This document shows, piece after piece, positions 38,769 through 49,505 of a DNA stretch of 64,000 nucleotides. How positions within the stretch are numbered: the stretch's first letter is position 1; every line of letters starts with the position of its first letter. The notes beneath the pieces were generated by a model. The model saw only the letters and a list, made by a program, of their open reading frames with translations. It did no database searches and was not told the DNA's origin. The translations under genes and the position numbers were made by a program. The stretch lies in the sequence record OM386664.1; one strand, written 5' to 3'. The stretch comes from Escherichia phage vB_EcoM_ESCO50.

Positions 38769-40148
38769 TTATTCGTAAGCCACTGTACCTTTCAAGTCAA
38801 CATCCAAGATAGCCCCTGCTAAGATACCTGCGAAGGTAATGTCTTTCAGGATACGTGCTTTCTTGTCTGCTAAAGCAACTTGAGAGGCTTTAGGAACATT
38901 AACTGTGTAAGATGACAGGAAGTGTCTGTTGACTGCTCTTTGCAGAGAGGTTTCAATGACTTGACGAATGCGGGTAATACCAGTATCATCATAAGTAATC
39001 TTACCACCCTTCTGGTTAATTAGCAAGTCTCTCAGAGAAGTTTTCAGGTCTGATTCTAACCAGTCAACACCACGGATGATATCAATCCATTCCCCACCAG
39101 AAGTAATCCCTCTACGAACCACTGGAACACCACCATCAAGGTCAATAAAGTTACAGTGACGTGCATCTAAAGCAGACTTCTGAATACTTGTCAGAGGTCT
39201 CTGATTAGATGGTTGTAGAGAAGCTGCTACACCAGTTAACTGAGCATTACCCCAAGCAATTGACCCTGCGTCATATGGAGCACCATAAGCAATGTATGCC
39301 ATTTCTGGATAGTCTTCTGCCGCTGCGTGATGCCACAAGCAAACTGTACGAGTGTACATATTCTTAGCAAGCTGTGCTGGAACATCATTTGCACTGGCTA
39401 ATTCTGTCCCTTGCAGTGCTGCTACATCAGAGTTAGCTGTAAAGAAGATTTTCTTGCGAGCCTGAATCTCAGAAGCCATTGCTAAGACAAACTGTTGAGT
39501 TCTGTCTTCTGCTGCAATGAAATACCAGTCAGTAGAATAAGCTTCAATGGCTGCCAGAGCAGTTGATGCTGTATCAGCAGTTGTACTTGCAATATATACA
39601 GTCTGTGCTGTGGTTGTTACTTTCACAAAGTCATTATCACCAGCTTTGGTAATAATCATTGTGGCAGAAGCACCACTACCAGTTACGTTCACAGAAACCT
39701 TATCTTTGATTGTTGGGTCAGCTTCAATCTGTGTTTTAAACTGTTGCAACACTACTTCAGCAGTATCTTCATCAGTATCTTCATCAGTTTCTTCTGTAAT
39801 CTGTGAGGTGTACTGGAATGACTGAGAGATTCCACCGCTCACAGCTACAGTCAAAGAATAATCGGTGCCCTCAGTAACTTCATCAGGAATTGATACAGTG
39901 TACTGCATAGCACGTCTACCAATATAAAGCTGAGTTACTTTAGGAGTCTGACTCCAAAGTTGTTTAGCAGCCTTATATGCAGCAGACCTCTCATCGAAAT
40001 CTTCAGCAACTTCAGTTAAGGAAGTGTAGCCACGAACTCTTTCTTCAAAGTTATCTGTTGAAGCTAAGAATAGTGGCAAACCAAAACCTTCTCTTGTAGT
40101 TCCTGCGGTGTTCAATGTAATATCTACATTAACAATTGGATTCCACAT
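38769..40148 (-). CDS. Contractile tail sheath protein
   Basis: 459 aa, position upstream of tube gene; synteny-based. Confidence 0.6.
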   Translation of the reverse strand: MWNPIVNVDITLNTAGTTREGFGLPLFLASTDNFEERVRGYTSLTEVAEDFDERSAAYKAAKQLWSQTPKVTQLYIGRRAMQYTVSIPDEVTEGTDYSLTVAVSGGISQSFQYTSQITEETDEDTDEDTAEVVLQQFKTQIEADPTIKDKVSVNVTGSGASATMIITKAGDNDFVKVTTTAQTVYIASTTADTASTALAAIEAYSTDWYFIAAEDRTQQFVLAMASEIQARKKIFFTANSDVAALQGTELASANDVPAQLAKNMYTRTVCLWHHAAAEDYPEMAYIAYGAPYDAGSIAWGNAQLTGVAASLQPSNQRPLTSIQKSALDARHCNFIDLDGGVPVVRRGITSGGEWIDIIRGVDWLESDLKTSLRDLLINQKGGKITYDDTGITRIRQVIETSLQRAVNRHFLSSYTVNVPKASQVALADKKARILKDITFAGILAGAILDVDLKGTVAYE

Positions 40149-40748
40149 TTATTTTACCCCTTTGGAGTCTACATCTAGATGGATAGTATATTCTGGTGGC
40201 TCTTGTCCTTCTTCATAAACCAACTCACCATCAGCAATGACACGCTCAATAATACTTCCACGTTCATCTTTCAGGACTGAGTTTTTTACAAGAGTTACAA
40301 CAAGAGGTGCAGAATTTTCGAAATCTGTATTGAGATAAGTATAGTCATTCGGGATAGCTCCAGTGTCTAATACTGTAGCCCCTGTTTCTTCAAGGATTAA
40401 ATCTCTGACTGAACTCATCTCTAATCGTTGTTTAAGCTCAAGCATAATACTGTGAGCACCTTTACCATTCACCGTAATTAACACTGGAATCTGAAAAGCA
40501 ATTCTGTAGTAAACTACATCATCCTCAACAAACTTATCAAGAACCCAACCATAAGGTGTTGCAGCATCTTGACAATATACGGTAATAAATGGCTGGTCAG
40601 GTTTTAAACCTTTGTCATTTGAGTTATCAGAAGGGTAAGCTCTAATTACATTCGGTCTATTATTTTTATCACGAGCTAGTCTGTGACCAATAACATCCAC
40701 TAAGGTTCTAACTAGACCTTTTTCAAGTTCTGCTGTTTCTAACTGCAT
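40149..40748 (-). CDS. Tail completion/neck protein (199 aa)
   Basis: Synteny. Confidence 0.45.
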   Translation of the reverse strand: MQLETAELEKGLVRTLVDVIGHRLARDKNNRPNVIRAYPSDNSNDKGLKPDQPFITVYCQDAATPYGWVLDKFVEDDVVYYRIAFQIPVLITVNGKGAHSIMLELKQRLEMSSVRDLILEETGATVLDTGAIPNDYTYLNTDFENSAPLVVTLVKNSVLKDERGSIIERVIADGELVYEEGQEPPEYTIHLDVDSKGVK

Positions 40749-41124
40749 TCATTTTATCCCTTCTAATAATGATATATTCATAATGGGATGTATGGGCTAA
40801 TTGCTGTGACCAATCCATAATCATAAATACTTCATACTCATGACCATCAATCATAACAATGTCAGACTCGTTCCACTCTACATCATCTGAAGTTCTAAGT
40901 TTATATGTAGTATACAGGATTCTTGTATCGGTAAGCCTAATACCTTCCGGTAAAGCAATCTGTGTACCATTCTTTACAGAGCCTTTGATATATGGCTGGA
41001 TATTACCTTTACAGTTAACCTCTACAATATCTTGTGAAGCTACCCAATCACCATCATCATTGTAATAACCATCTTCAGAGACTTTACGCTTTACTACAAA
41101 GCTGTGTCTGTTTAAGAGTCTCAT
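40723..41124 (-). CDS. Head-tail joining protein (133 aa)
   Basis: Synteny. Confidence 0.45.
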   Translation of the reverse strand: MRLLNRHSFVVKRKVSEDGYYNDDGDWVASQDIVEVNCKGNIQPYIKGSVKNGTQIALPEGIRLTDTRILYTTYKLRTSDDVEWNESDIVMIDGHEYEVFMIMDWSQQLAHTSHYEYIIIRRDKMNAVRNSRT

Positions 41125-41603
41125 TTCTTAATACCCTTCTTAGTAGAAATTTTATAAGCAAGGTTATCTCTTAAGTCACCTGTCTCAACAAGAGGTGCGT
41201 TAAAGCCTTTTTTCTTGACTGTGGAAGGTGCGTTAGGAGGGAGGATAGCAGAATTACCAAAACCCCTTTTAATTGCCTTTTGAGCATTCTTTGCAAATGC
41301 TTCTAAGGTATTTGAAGGGTCTGTGTTGAGACTGCTAAGTTGCTTATATAGATTCTTCTTAGTCTGCTCTAACAAGGTCTGTTTGTTTAGCATCATAGTG
41401 ATTTCAAACAACCTACGATATACTTTACCAGAAGCTGAAGGAACCCCAATAACTTCTTGTAAATACATTAAAGCAGGATAAGAAAAACCAGAGCTATGTT
41501 GACCTTGTTCTTGAAAATACCCAACTTGAGCATTAGCCGTTTGCAAGTTCTTCATAGCCCCGACTAATTTTGCTCTAGCGGGGTGAATAACCCTTTTAAC
41601 CAT
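41121..41603 (-). CDS. Head-tail connector/completion protein (160 aa)
   Basis: Synteny. Confidence 0.45.
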   Translation of the reverse strand: MVKRVIHPARAKLVGAMKNLQTANAQVGYFQEQGQHSSGFSYPALMYLQEVIGVPSASGKVYRRLFEITMMLNKQTLLEQTKKNLYKQLSSLNTDPSNTLEAFAKNAQKAIKRGFGNSAILPPNAPSTVKKKGFNAPLVETGDLRDNLAYKISTKKGIKK

Positions 41604-42052
41604 TATTCATCTCGCTCGATAATAAATACGCCATTAACACGGTTGCAGTAATCTCTGCCTTCGTATCTGGCAGCATCACCATATTCTGTGTATTTCTTGA
41701 CAGAGCAAGGATTATGACGACGCATGTCAATATCACACTGATTAATACCACCTGCATAGGGTAGTCCTGAAACAGAGCTTTTAACAAGGTCGTCATAAAC
41801 AGCTTTCAGAGATTTGAATCTGGAAGAGTTACGTAAATAAACACCACCAACCTTCTCATCTCCCATCTTGGCTACTTGAAAGAGTAAGTATTTAAGAGCT
41901 TTGATGGCTGCTTTCTTTTCATCCTTTCCAGACTCTAGATAGAACCACTCTAGCACAGACTGCTCGATAAGAATTTCATCATTATTAGTGTCTGTGCAGA
42001 GGATTCTTACTCTATCAAGAGGGTTATTGGCTGGGTCGCCTGTATAACACAT
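41603..42052 (-). CDS. Head completion protein (149 aa)
   Basis: Synteny. Confidence 0.45.
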   Translation of the reverse strand: MCYTGDPANNPLDRVRILCTDTNNDEILIEQSVLEWFYLESGKDEKKAAIKALKYLLFQVAKMGDEKVGGVYLRNSSRFKSLKAVYDDLVKSSVSGLPYAGGINQCDIDMRRHNPCSVKKYTEYGDAARYEGRDYCNRVNGVFIIERDE

Positions 42053-42073
42053 TCATAACCCTCCTTAAGAATA

Positions 42074-43189
42074 TTATGCGTCTTCATCGTCTTCAGCATC
42101 AGCGCGAACATCAATCAGCAACTGAGGACGAGTACAGTATGGCAGCATGTAAGAGTGAGCTTCGAAGTCAATACCTTCGTCACGGTCTTTTTCGTATTCG
42201 AATACGTACAGTTCCTGACCAAGTGTATTTGCGTAACCCATCTTAGGACATGGACCATATGCAACTTCGAAGATGTTGTTAGCTTCACCAAGCATAGATA
42301 CGTTAGGGAAAGCATGACCAACACCAACAGTTGATGCTACACCATCAATGCTCACCAGAGTGTGAACATTACCACGCTTGTCTTTGAACTTACCGTTGTA
42401 CTGGACAAACTTAACACCACCGTAGTAGAAGGTGTTCATATGAGCCTGAACGCCGTCAGTACCACCAGTTCTCAGAGAACCAGTAATCTGTTGCCAAGCC
42501 AGTGGAGTCTGCTGTGCAAGATAAGCGTCACGAATCTTAGGATGCTTAGTCAGTTTGCTGAAGAATACACGGTCAACAACTACATGAATTTCTTCACCGT
42601 TGATTACAGTACCAGTCTTAGCTTCGTCTTCCATGTGCATACGCAGTTCTTCAATAGATGCGTCGATGTCAGCATTAGGGTTGTCAAGGTCGAAGTAAAT
42701 AGTCTTCTTCTGAACGTCGAACTGCTGGTACAGGTCAGCATACAGTGTACCACGAGCATCAACAACTTTACCCTTCAGAGCTTGCATAAACAGGAACTCA
42801 CGAGTAATATCGAACTTGGTACGAATCTTCATCAGCTTCTTAGCACGGACTACAGCTTCAGTAGTCAGTTCGTTTGCAGTGCCTGGCTGACGTACACCCT
42901 GAATCTCATCAGGAGTGATGCTTTCAACTTCTTTGAAGTACATCATTGGGAAGCTGATTTGACGAACACGCTCAGGTGCGCTAGTCTCTGCTTTACGACT
43001 ATCACGGTCTACCGCATCAAGCAAGCTAACATCCCAATCAGTCAAATCCATAAGGAAAGTAGTTTGGGTGATTGGTGCTGAACGGAACAGACCTAAGTTG
43101 GAAATATACCCATAAGTATTTGGGATAGACTGGACTTCACCAGTCAGGTCAGCAAGGAAAAATCTGCTTTTTTCAGAATTAGTCAACAT
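42074..43189 (-). CDS. Major capsid protein (HK97-fold type)
   Basis: 371 aa, position after protease/scaffold and decoration genes. Confidence 0.7.
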   Translation of the reverse strand: MLTNSEKSRFFLADLTGEVQSIPNTYGYISNLGLFRSAPITQTTFLMDLTDWDVSLLDAVDRDSRKAETSAPERVRQISFPMMYFKEVESITPDEIQGVRQPGTANELTTEAVVRAKKLMKIRTKFDITREFLFMQALKGKVVDARGTLYADLYQQFDVQKKTIYFDLDNPNADIDASIEELRMHMEDEAKTGTVINGEEIHVVVDRVFFSKLTKHPKIRDAYLAQQTPLAWQQITGSLRTGGTDGVQAHMNTFYYGGVKFVQYNGKFKDKRGNVHTLVSIDGVASTVGVGHAFPNVSMLGEANNIFEVAYGPCPKMGYANTLGQELYVFEYEKDRDEGIDFEAHSYMLPYCTRPQLLIDVRADAEDDEDA

Positions 43190-43222
43190 TGTAAAATTCT
43201 CCAGAATGTCTTATTATTGTTA

Positions 43223-43600
43223 TTACAGGCCAGTCGGTACGAAAGTAATACCTTTAGCAGCTAGAGCTGCCTTGACTGTGGCAGCGTTAACACCTGTTCC
43301 AAGAGTAAGCGTGTCTTTTAGTTCTGCATCACGGTAGATACCTACCACTTTCAACTGACCATGATAAGACAGTTGCAGGTCTGCATAAAAGTTAACGATA
43401 CATACTGAATCAGCCTGAGCTTCTTGCCCTGCTGCAACCTTAGTACCATCTGCTTTCAGAACTTCACCTACACGGTAATCTGTTGAAGCAACCGGAGTGT
43501 ACTCTTTACGAGAGTGTCCTGTTGGGGTAATCTGTTCCCAAAGAATGATATCATTCAGAGGTTCTCTGTTACCTAACTTAGTAAAACCTTGATATGCCAT
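43223..43600 (-). CDS. Putative head decoration protein (125 aa)
   Basis: Small Ala/Gly/Val-rich protein between protease-scaffold and capsid genes. Confidence 0.45.
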   Translation of the reverse strand: MAYQGFTKLGNREPLNDIILWEQITPTGHSRKEYTPVASTDYRVGEVLKADGTKVAAGQEAQADSVCIVNFYADLQLSYHGQLKVVGIYRDAELKDTLTLGTGVNAATVKAALAAKGITFVPTGL

Positions 43601-43611
43601 TATTGTGTTCC

Positions 43612-44958
43612 TTATTTGATAAGAGATTTTAGAGCATTCTGGAGAGCCAGTTTGCGTTGTTCAGCGGTGTCTTCGGAAGCATTCTTAGCTGGTTCTTTTT
43701 CTTCTTCAACCAAATCAGCTTCGCCGTCATTACCCACTTCTTCCATAGCATTGGAATGTTCAAGAACAGCACCAGCAGTTTCTTTCAGCTTGGTAATTTC
43801 TGATTCTTTTTCTTCCATTGCAGAAGCATGGGACGCGATAGTTTCATTAAGTTTCTGGTTAGCACCTTCCATAGCATTCATAAACAGAACACTCAGAGGG
43901 TTGTCAAGACCAGCACCTAAAATAGTCGTTGCAGCTTCTTTTGCATCAAATCCAAAAGCTTCAGCAGAAGCAGAAATCTTATTAGTCAAATCTGACAAAG
44001 CAGCTTCCTGTTCTTTAGCTTTCATTTGAGCAACCTGAAGACGCAAAGCTTCTAGTTCTTGCTTTTCTTGTTCAGTCATTTCTTCACCTGAATTGTTAAC
44101 GTTTAAACTTACAGGAGCCTCTTCAGAACCTTGTAAGTAATTTAAGAAATCATCTTGAGACATGATTGAGTTAATTAAACCAAGTTCAAGAGCTTCCTGA
44201 GCAGAATAAACATTCGCCTCAGTATTCTTTACAGCTTCTTCAGAGAGATTACGAGATTCGGCTACAAAGCCTGTAAAGGTTGCGTAGGTATCATTAATTC
44301 TCTTTTGAAGTCTTTCTTTGCTTTCTTCTGAGAGTGCTTGGAATGGTGAACCCATACCTTTAAACTCACCAGCTTTGATGACGTTAATTGTTACGCCATT
44401 CTTTTCAAATGCCTTAGTTAATTCCTGATGAACCATAATTACACCAATAGAACCAACATCTGCATCTGGTGATGCAATAATTTCTTCAGCAGAAGATGCA
44501 AGAGCATATGCAGCGGAACAAGCGAACTCATCTACATAAGCAATAATTTTCTTTTGGCCTCTTGAAGCCATAATGTGACGTGCTAATTCAAAGCAACCTG
44601 AAGCTTCACCACCACCAGAATCGATGTGCAGAACAATAGTCTTGATTGACTCATCTGCTAAAGCTTCGTCAAAGCCTCTACGCAAACCTTCATAAGAGCT
44701 TAACCCACCTGTACACATTGCATCAATGAATGTCATACGATGGGTTAAACCACCCATAATAGGGATAATAGCAATGTCATCTTTTACTTTTAAAAGACTT
44801 CTTGCTTCACCTTTTGGTTTATCAAAGTTTACTGCTGCTTGGACATCACCCAGCAATCTGTTATTCACATAAGTTGCTGCTGAGTGAGCTAATGATTCAG
44901 TGGCTAGTAAAGGTTGGTTGAATAATCTATCAGCAAGTCTGAAGATATTCGAACTCAT
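43612..44958 (-). CDS. Prohead protease (S49/ClpP-like) fused to C-terminal scaffold-like coiled-coil domain
   Basis: N-terminal region IVLHIDSGGGEASGCFELARHIM...FACSAAYALASSAE...GSIGV fits the SppA/S49 serine peptidase pattern; C-terminal ~180 aa charged coiled-coil. Confidence 0.7.
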   Translation of the reverse strand: MSSNIFRLADRLFNQPLLATESLAHSAATYVNNRLLGDVQAAVNFDKPKGEARSLLKVKDDIAIIPIMGGLTHRMTFIDAMCTGGLSSYEGLRRGFDEALADESIKTIVLHIDSGGGEASGCFELARHIMASRGQKKIIAYVDEFACSAAYALASSAEEIIASPDADVGSIGVIMVHQELTKAFEKNGVTINVIKAGEFKGMGSPFQALSEESKERLQKRINDTYATFTGFVAESRNLSEEAVKNTEANVYSAQEALELGLINSIMSQDDFLNYLQGSEEAPVSLNVNNSGEEMTEQEKQELEALRLQVAQMKAKEQEAALSDLTNKISASAEAFGFDAKEAATTILGAGLDNPLSVLFMNAMEGANQKLNETIASHASAMEEKESEITKLKETAGAVLEHSNAMEEVGNDGEADLVEEEKEPAKNASEDTAEQRKLALQNALKSLIK

Positions 44959-44969
44959 TTTTACTCACC

Positions 44970-45302
44970 CTATTTGTTTAAATCTACAGAGACTGAAGAG
45001 ATAACATAGATACCTTCTTCAGCAAAGAATTGAGGTTCGCTAAGAGCACCAGTTGCCACGCATTTATCGTTAGCATCCCACAAGCTATAGTGTGAGACCG
45101 TTGCAGAAGCTGGAACAGTAATATTAACTGTGTCTTCTGAGGCAATTAAGCCATTATCCGGTTCAGAAAAATAAATAGCCACTGGCTGAGTAACCTTATT
45201 TGCTGTAGGGTCTGCCGTTGGGTCTACATTGTGTAAAATAATAGTCGTTGGGGTTAGCGTGGCGAGGATTTTATTCTTACCATCAATAGTTAATGTTCCC
45301 AT
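44970..45302 (-). CDS. Hypothetical head protein (110 aa)
   Basis: ORF track. Confidence 0.45.
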   Translation of the reverse strand: MGTLTIDGKNKILATLTPTTIILHNVDPTADPTANKVTQPVAIYFSEPDNGLIASEDTVNITVPASATVSHYSLWDANDKCVATGALSEPQFFAEEGIYVISSVSVDLNK

Positions 45303-45802
45303 TAATTAAACCTTACTTTTTGTTTAAGGACTGTTGAATGGTTACCAGATTCATCTACCACATTTACAATCATATCATATACTTTACCTTTGACAAGCAC
45401 TTTGTAATCATTTTGTGAAAAAATGTATTCAAGTCTGTTTGTTTCTTTATTAACTGTCATTGGAGATTGAAATGCAGTGTCGAGGGTAATGAAAGCTGCT
45501 TCAATGCTATTAACATTGGTACGTTTATTCTCACAGTTATATAACTTTACACCCAAAAGGCATGAACTGTCAAATGGAATTTTAACAATTTCACTACAAT
45601 TTCCTGAAATAAACGGTTTTCCACTCATTGGAGCATCAAGTAACCTGCAAATAGTGAAAACGTCAGAGGTTCCACCATTACTTACATAACCTGAAAGGCT
45701 GACTCTTGAGCCAGCCTCTACAGATAACTCGTCAGTAATGATAAGAATACCTCTATACGAATGCACTCGTGTAGCATTTGAAATAGAGATAACTTCAGCC
45801 AT
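45302..45802 (-). CDS. Hypothetical head protein (166 aa)
   Basis: ORF track. Confidence 0.45.
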   Translation of the reverse strand: MAEVISISNATRVHSYRGILIITDELSVEAGSRVSLSGYVSNGGTSDVFTICRLLDAPMSGKPFISGNCSEIVKIPFDSSCLLGVKLYNCENKRTNVNSIEAAFITLDTAFQSPMTVNKETNRLEYIFSQNDYKVLVKGKVYDMIVNVVDESGNHSTVLKQKVRFN

Positions 45803-47277
45803 TATTTATTTGCCTTATTTGCTGTGCTTGGGTCTTTCGCTGAAGGTGTCTTTGCAGTACCTTCTCCAGCGGTCTTATAACCATCTCCTGAACGGCTTTG
45901 GGTATTTGGAGAAAGCTTTTCAGATACTGGCTGAGACTCATCAGCAGGAGGAAGACCAATATGCTCTCTAAGCTTGTTAGATAGCTCTTTGTCAACTTCC
46001 AAAGCACCTACTGCAACAGTCTTCTGGATATAAGAACCAATTGTTTCAAGGTCTGGAGTTTCGATATCATCATATGTGATTTGTACATGTTCTTCATCGT
46101 CCCACATATTAAGAGCATAAGTCTGTGCAACTAAATCACGGTTAATTACGTTCTTAATTTGCTTCAGCAGAATATCTACTGACATTGCTAGTAAGCTTGT
46201 CTTAGAATCTGCAAGAGAGAATGAACCATATTTTGACTGACCCATCGCAAGAACATCTGACATAAATGCCATCATAATCTGCTTGGAATATCTGTCAATA
46301 ATAGAACCTGTATCGTATGCTTTAGCACCCTGTCTAGAAACTAATGAGAACTCGAAAATATCCTCTTTAGTATCTGGGTCGATATATCTAGGCCAGATTA
46401 AACCTGCTCTATCATTAGCAATCATATCGTTAACAACAGTTTTGCAGTATTGTACGAAAGCTTTCTTTTCAGGTTCTGCATTTTCATCCAGATAATCTGG
46501 TGGTAAACCAATCTTTGGCATACCTACCAAGTCTCTTGAAACACCAACAGCTTCGTACTCTTCAATCTGGACTTTATACTTCCACGGTACATAGGCATTA
46601 AGTAATGGTGAACGACCTTCTGGGTTTCCATATTCATCATCATACTTAAACAGCATGAATTTAGCTCGTGGAAGTTTTCTTGTTAGTGTTCTTTCTCCGA
46701 GATTAATTGCTCCAGCAATATGTGAAACATTTCTCAGATTCTGTCTAACACCAGTAACTTTTCTAAAGTCTTCGTCAAAATACCACTTATCAAGTGTTGA
46801 TTGGTTTCTGATTGGTAATTTAGCCCATCCAATTAGACCATCATCAAATTTAGACTGGTACTTTCCTTTTTTACCCTGTCGCTTCTTATAAACTTTCTCG
46901 TTAACACAGAACCCATAAGTGCAGAATGACATTACAGAATTAATAAAATCTGCCCAATCATGCTCCATGTCATCCATTAAAGAATTAAAGAAGTCTGCTC
47001 TTTCAAGCATTTTAGGGTCTTGCTCTTTTCCCTTTGGAGGTACGAATCTCCAGTTGACTTTTCTGACAAACATCTTAATAATATTTACAGATGCTGCTAC
47101 AGCAGGGTCACGCATCATTAATTGGAAAGTTTTAATACTTTCAGGGAACCTTAGTGCCTGACGAGGTTCTTCATAGATTCTTCCATTCTTAACCTTCAGA
47201 CCCAAAGAACCTACTTCACCCATCCTAAATGGTGGTAAGCTTTCTTGTGTTTCTGTAATATCTGCCATTCTTCTCAC
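45802..47277 (-). CDS. Portal protein
   Basis: 491 aa directly downstream of large terminase. Confidence 0.7.
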   Translation of the reverse strand: MRRMADITETQESLPPFRMGEVGSLGLKVKNGRIYEEPRQALRFPESIKTFQLMMRDPAVAASVNIIKMFVRKVNWRFVPPKGKEQDPKMLERADFFNSLMDDMEHDWADFINSVMSFCTYGFCVNEKVYKKRQGKKGKYQSKFDDGLIGWAKLPIRNQSTLDKWYFDEDFRKVTGVRQNLRNVSHIAGAINLGERTLTRKLPRAKFMLFKYDDEYGNPEGRSPLLNAYVPWKYKVQIEEYEAVGVSRDLVGMPKIGLPPDYLDENAEPEKKAFVQYCKTVVNDMIANDRAGLIWPRYIDPDTKEDIFEFSLVSRQGAKAYDTGSIIDRYSKQIMMAFMSDVLAMGQSKYGSFSLADSKTSLLAMSVDILLKQIKNVINRDLVAQTYALNMWDDEEHVQITYDDIETPDLETIGSYIQKTVAVGALEVDKELSNKLREHIGLPPADESQPVSEKLSPNTQSRSGDGYKTAGEGTAKTPSAKDPSTANKANK

Positions 47278-47284
47278 CTAGCTA

Positions 47285-48901
47285 TCAACGTCTAAGCCCC
47301 TCATATGGGTTTCCTCTCACTAAGTCTGTGTGAACACCCATTGATGGTGGCTTGAATAATTTAACTTCATTAAGACTGTTGAAAGCATCACTGGTAGCAT
47401 CCACTTGGTCATCTTTAGTTTTGCCATCACCACAAAAGCCTTCAAGCTCTTGAAAATAAGCTTCGTTCCAACTACCTCTCAAGACTTTTACAAGTCCAGC
47501 TTCAGAAGCAGCAGAAAACCCCGCAAATCGGGTAACTTTATCTTTATTTGTTGGTTTAGCTCTTGCACGATAGCCTTTCTCGGCAAGTTTCCTGATGAGG
47601 GATGTTGCGTAGGATTTACCAGCAGCGCCTGGGTCTTGAGGGATAAAAATACCAGTTCGCTTACCGTCACTTTCAGCAGTCAAATTAATTTGTGTTTCGA
47701 CTCCAGAGGGTCTATCTCTAAATCTTACTACATCAATGATATAATAGCAACCGTCTTTTTTAGATTTACCCATCTTAACACCTGCTGTCCAGTCTGGATT
47801 AGGGTTAACCTCAGATGGTAAAGTTGCTGCTAAGTCCCATGCTCTAACATCAAATACATCTTCTGGGAGTGAATCAACAATCTCACACCATTGTCTTTGC
47901 CAGTAGTTTGAACCTTCTGCACGAGCCTTCCAGTTACCAAAACGAAGTCTTGCAACGTTTACAGGAGTGTTGTTTTCCAACTTACCACGATACTTAGGTT
48001 CTAAGAAGTCAAGAATTGGGTTATCATCAATCGTACCAGAGATGAATGTGTATGTTTGAGGAATCTCAAGAGGGAACATTTCAAGAATCTTATCCCTTTC
48101 CCAATCAGAAACCATCACACCATCATTCATTACATACCAACGAATACGACCACACTTTTCAGGGTCTGGATAACCTTCTTCATCTAAGAATGGTTCTACC
48201 CAATCGTAAATAAAGTGGTCTCTATCTGGGTTCATGGAAATCTTCATGTATGAATCACCTTCAGCACCAGAACGTAGACGGGTTTGTAGGTATGAAATCT
48301 GTGAAGCAGAGAAGTGTGTACCTTCGTCAAAGTAAATAGCTGAGTATTCAATACCCTGATGACCTTCAGCGTGCTTTTCAAGTTCTAGGTAGGTAAACTT
48401 GATAGTTGCCCCAGAAGGGAATGTGATAGTCATTTTCTGCTCGTGAGGAATCCCGCCAAACTTACCAAATAGTTTCTTTGCAGCAGGCCATAAACCACCT
48501 TGTAACTGTGTTGTGTTTCGACGGAAATACACAGCATTATAGTTAGGGTCTTCAATAAATCTTAAAGAGTCCATTAACAATGCGGCAGTCTTACCAGCAC
48601 CAGCAGCACCACCATAAAGAACCAAGTCAGCATTAGTGTTTAAAAAGACCTCTTGAGAACCCGGCTGAGGGGCTACATAGTTCTTATCAGTCATCAATTT
48701 AAAGATGAGGCGAACTTGGTCTGGTGTGTATCTTAATAAAGTCAGAATTTGAGTTGGAAGGAATTTAGAGGGGTCTTTACCGAATGATTTAATAATTTCT
48801 TTTACTTCATCAGAAAGCCCCAACTCTCCAGCTAGGACTTTCCTAACATCTTCCACTCGCTTCTGCTTAACAGTATTTAAGTCCATTAAGCGCCTCCGCA
48901 A
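47285..48901 (-). CDS. Terminase large subunit
   Basis: Walker A VLYGGAAGAGKTAALL in N-terminal ATPase; 538 aa. Confidence 0.85.
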   Translation of the reverse strand: MRRRLMDLNTVKQKRVEDVRKVLAGELGLSDEVKEIIKSFGKDPSKFLPTQILTLLRYTPDQVRLIFKLMTDKNYVAPQPGSQEVFLNTNADLVLYGGAAGAGKTAALLMDSLRFIEDPNYNAVYFRRNTTQLQGGLWPAAKKLFGKFGGIPHEQKMTITFPSGATIKFTYLELEKHAEGHQGIEYSAIYFDEGTHFSASQISYLQTRLRSGAEGDSYMKISMNPDRDHFIYDWVEPFLDEEGYPDPEKCGRIRWYVMNDGVMVSDWERDKILEMFPLEIPQTYTFISGTIDDNPILDFLEPKYRGKLENNTPVNVARLRFGNWKARAEGSNYWQRQWCEIVDSLPEDVFDVRAWDLAATLPSEVNPNPDWTAGVKMGKSKKDGCYYIIDVVRFRDRPSGVETQINLTAESDGKRTGIFIPQDPGAAGKSYATSLIRKLAEKGYRARAKPTNKDKVTRFAGFSAASEAGLVKVLRGSWNEAYFQELEGFCGDGKTKDDQVDATSDAFNSLNEVKLFKPPSMGVHTDLVRGNPYEGLRR

Positions 48902-48907
48902 ATAGAA

Positions 48908-49183
48908 TTATTCAGAGTCTGTAGCAGTCTCTTCTTTCTTAACTTCGAACTTTTCATCAACAGCATCAAGAAGTGCATCCATAGATGCTTCTTTAATATC
49001 AATACCTGTTGCTACAGATAATCTATCTGCAATTGCCATGATAGTATTCTGCATAAACTCTAACTTCTTGTTAGCTTCATAAAGTTCTTTATAAACGTTC
49101 TCGCTCATTATGTTTTCTCCAAATAATAAATCTTGTTTCCCCTTAAAAAAGACGGCACGGAGACCGTCAAGGAGAAACCACAA
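48908..49183 (-). CDS. Hypothetical small protein upstream of terminase
   Basis: ORF track; true start may be internal Met (MSENVYK...). Confidence 0.4.
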   Translation of the reverse strand: MWFLLDGLRAVFFKGKQDLLFGENIMSENVYKELYEANKKLEFMQNTIMAIADRLSVATGIDIKEASMDALLDAVDEKFEVKKEETATDSE

Positions 49184-49330
49184 TGTACGTCAGAGACATA
49201 CTGTATAAGTCTTCCTATAAAGTATAACTCTGTAAAAAAGCCCTGTCTAAAAATACTCTTCGGTAGCGAAAGGAAGAATACTTATAGCAGGGCATTATTA
49301 TTATTTTAATTGAGAGAGAGTAAAATAACT

Positions 49331-49406
49331 TGGAGAATCCGAAGGGACTTGAACCCTTATAAACCTGTTTTGCAGACAGGAACATATCCATTTCTGTCAC
49401 GGATTC
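49331..49406 (-). tRNA. tRNA-Cys (anticodon GCA), CCA encoded
   Basis: Manual fold: perfect 7-bp acceptor, T-loop ttcaagt, anticodon loop cu-GCA-aa. Confidence 0.7.
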
Positions 49407-49411
49407 AAAAT

Positions 49412-49504
49412 TGGAGGAAGATACCAGACTTGAACTGGTACACCGATTTCTCAGCTACTGGCAGTTTAGCAAACTGCTCCCTTACCTTTTAGGGTTAATC
49501 TTCC
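49412..49504 (-). tRNA. tRNA-Ser (anticodon GCU), long variable arm
   Basis: Manual fold: perfect acceptor (ggaagat/atcttcc), anticodon stem gcagt/actgc, loop uu-GCU-aa, ~20-nt variable arm. Confidence 0.7.
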
Positions 49505-49505
49505 A

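Noticed and set aside
41596-41796. 66-aa minus-strand ORF
   Set aside because: Alternate frame fully inside the 41603..42052 gene.
42362-43081. 239-aa plus-strand ORF
   Set aside because: Lies entirely antisense to the major capsid protein gene and has low-complexity composition; treated as a shadow ORF.
43589-44029. 146-aa plus-strand ORF
   Set aside because: Antisense inside the protease/scaffold gene; Ser/Ala-rich shadow frame.
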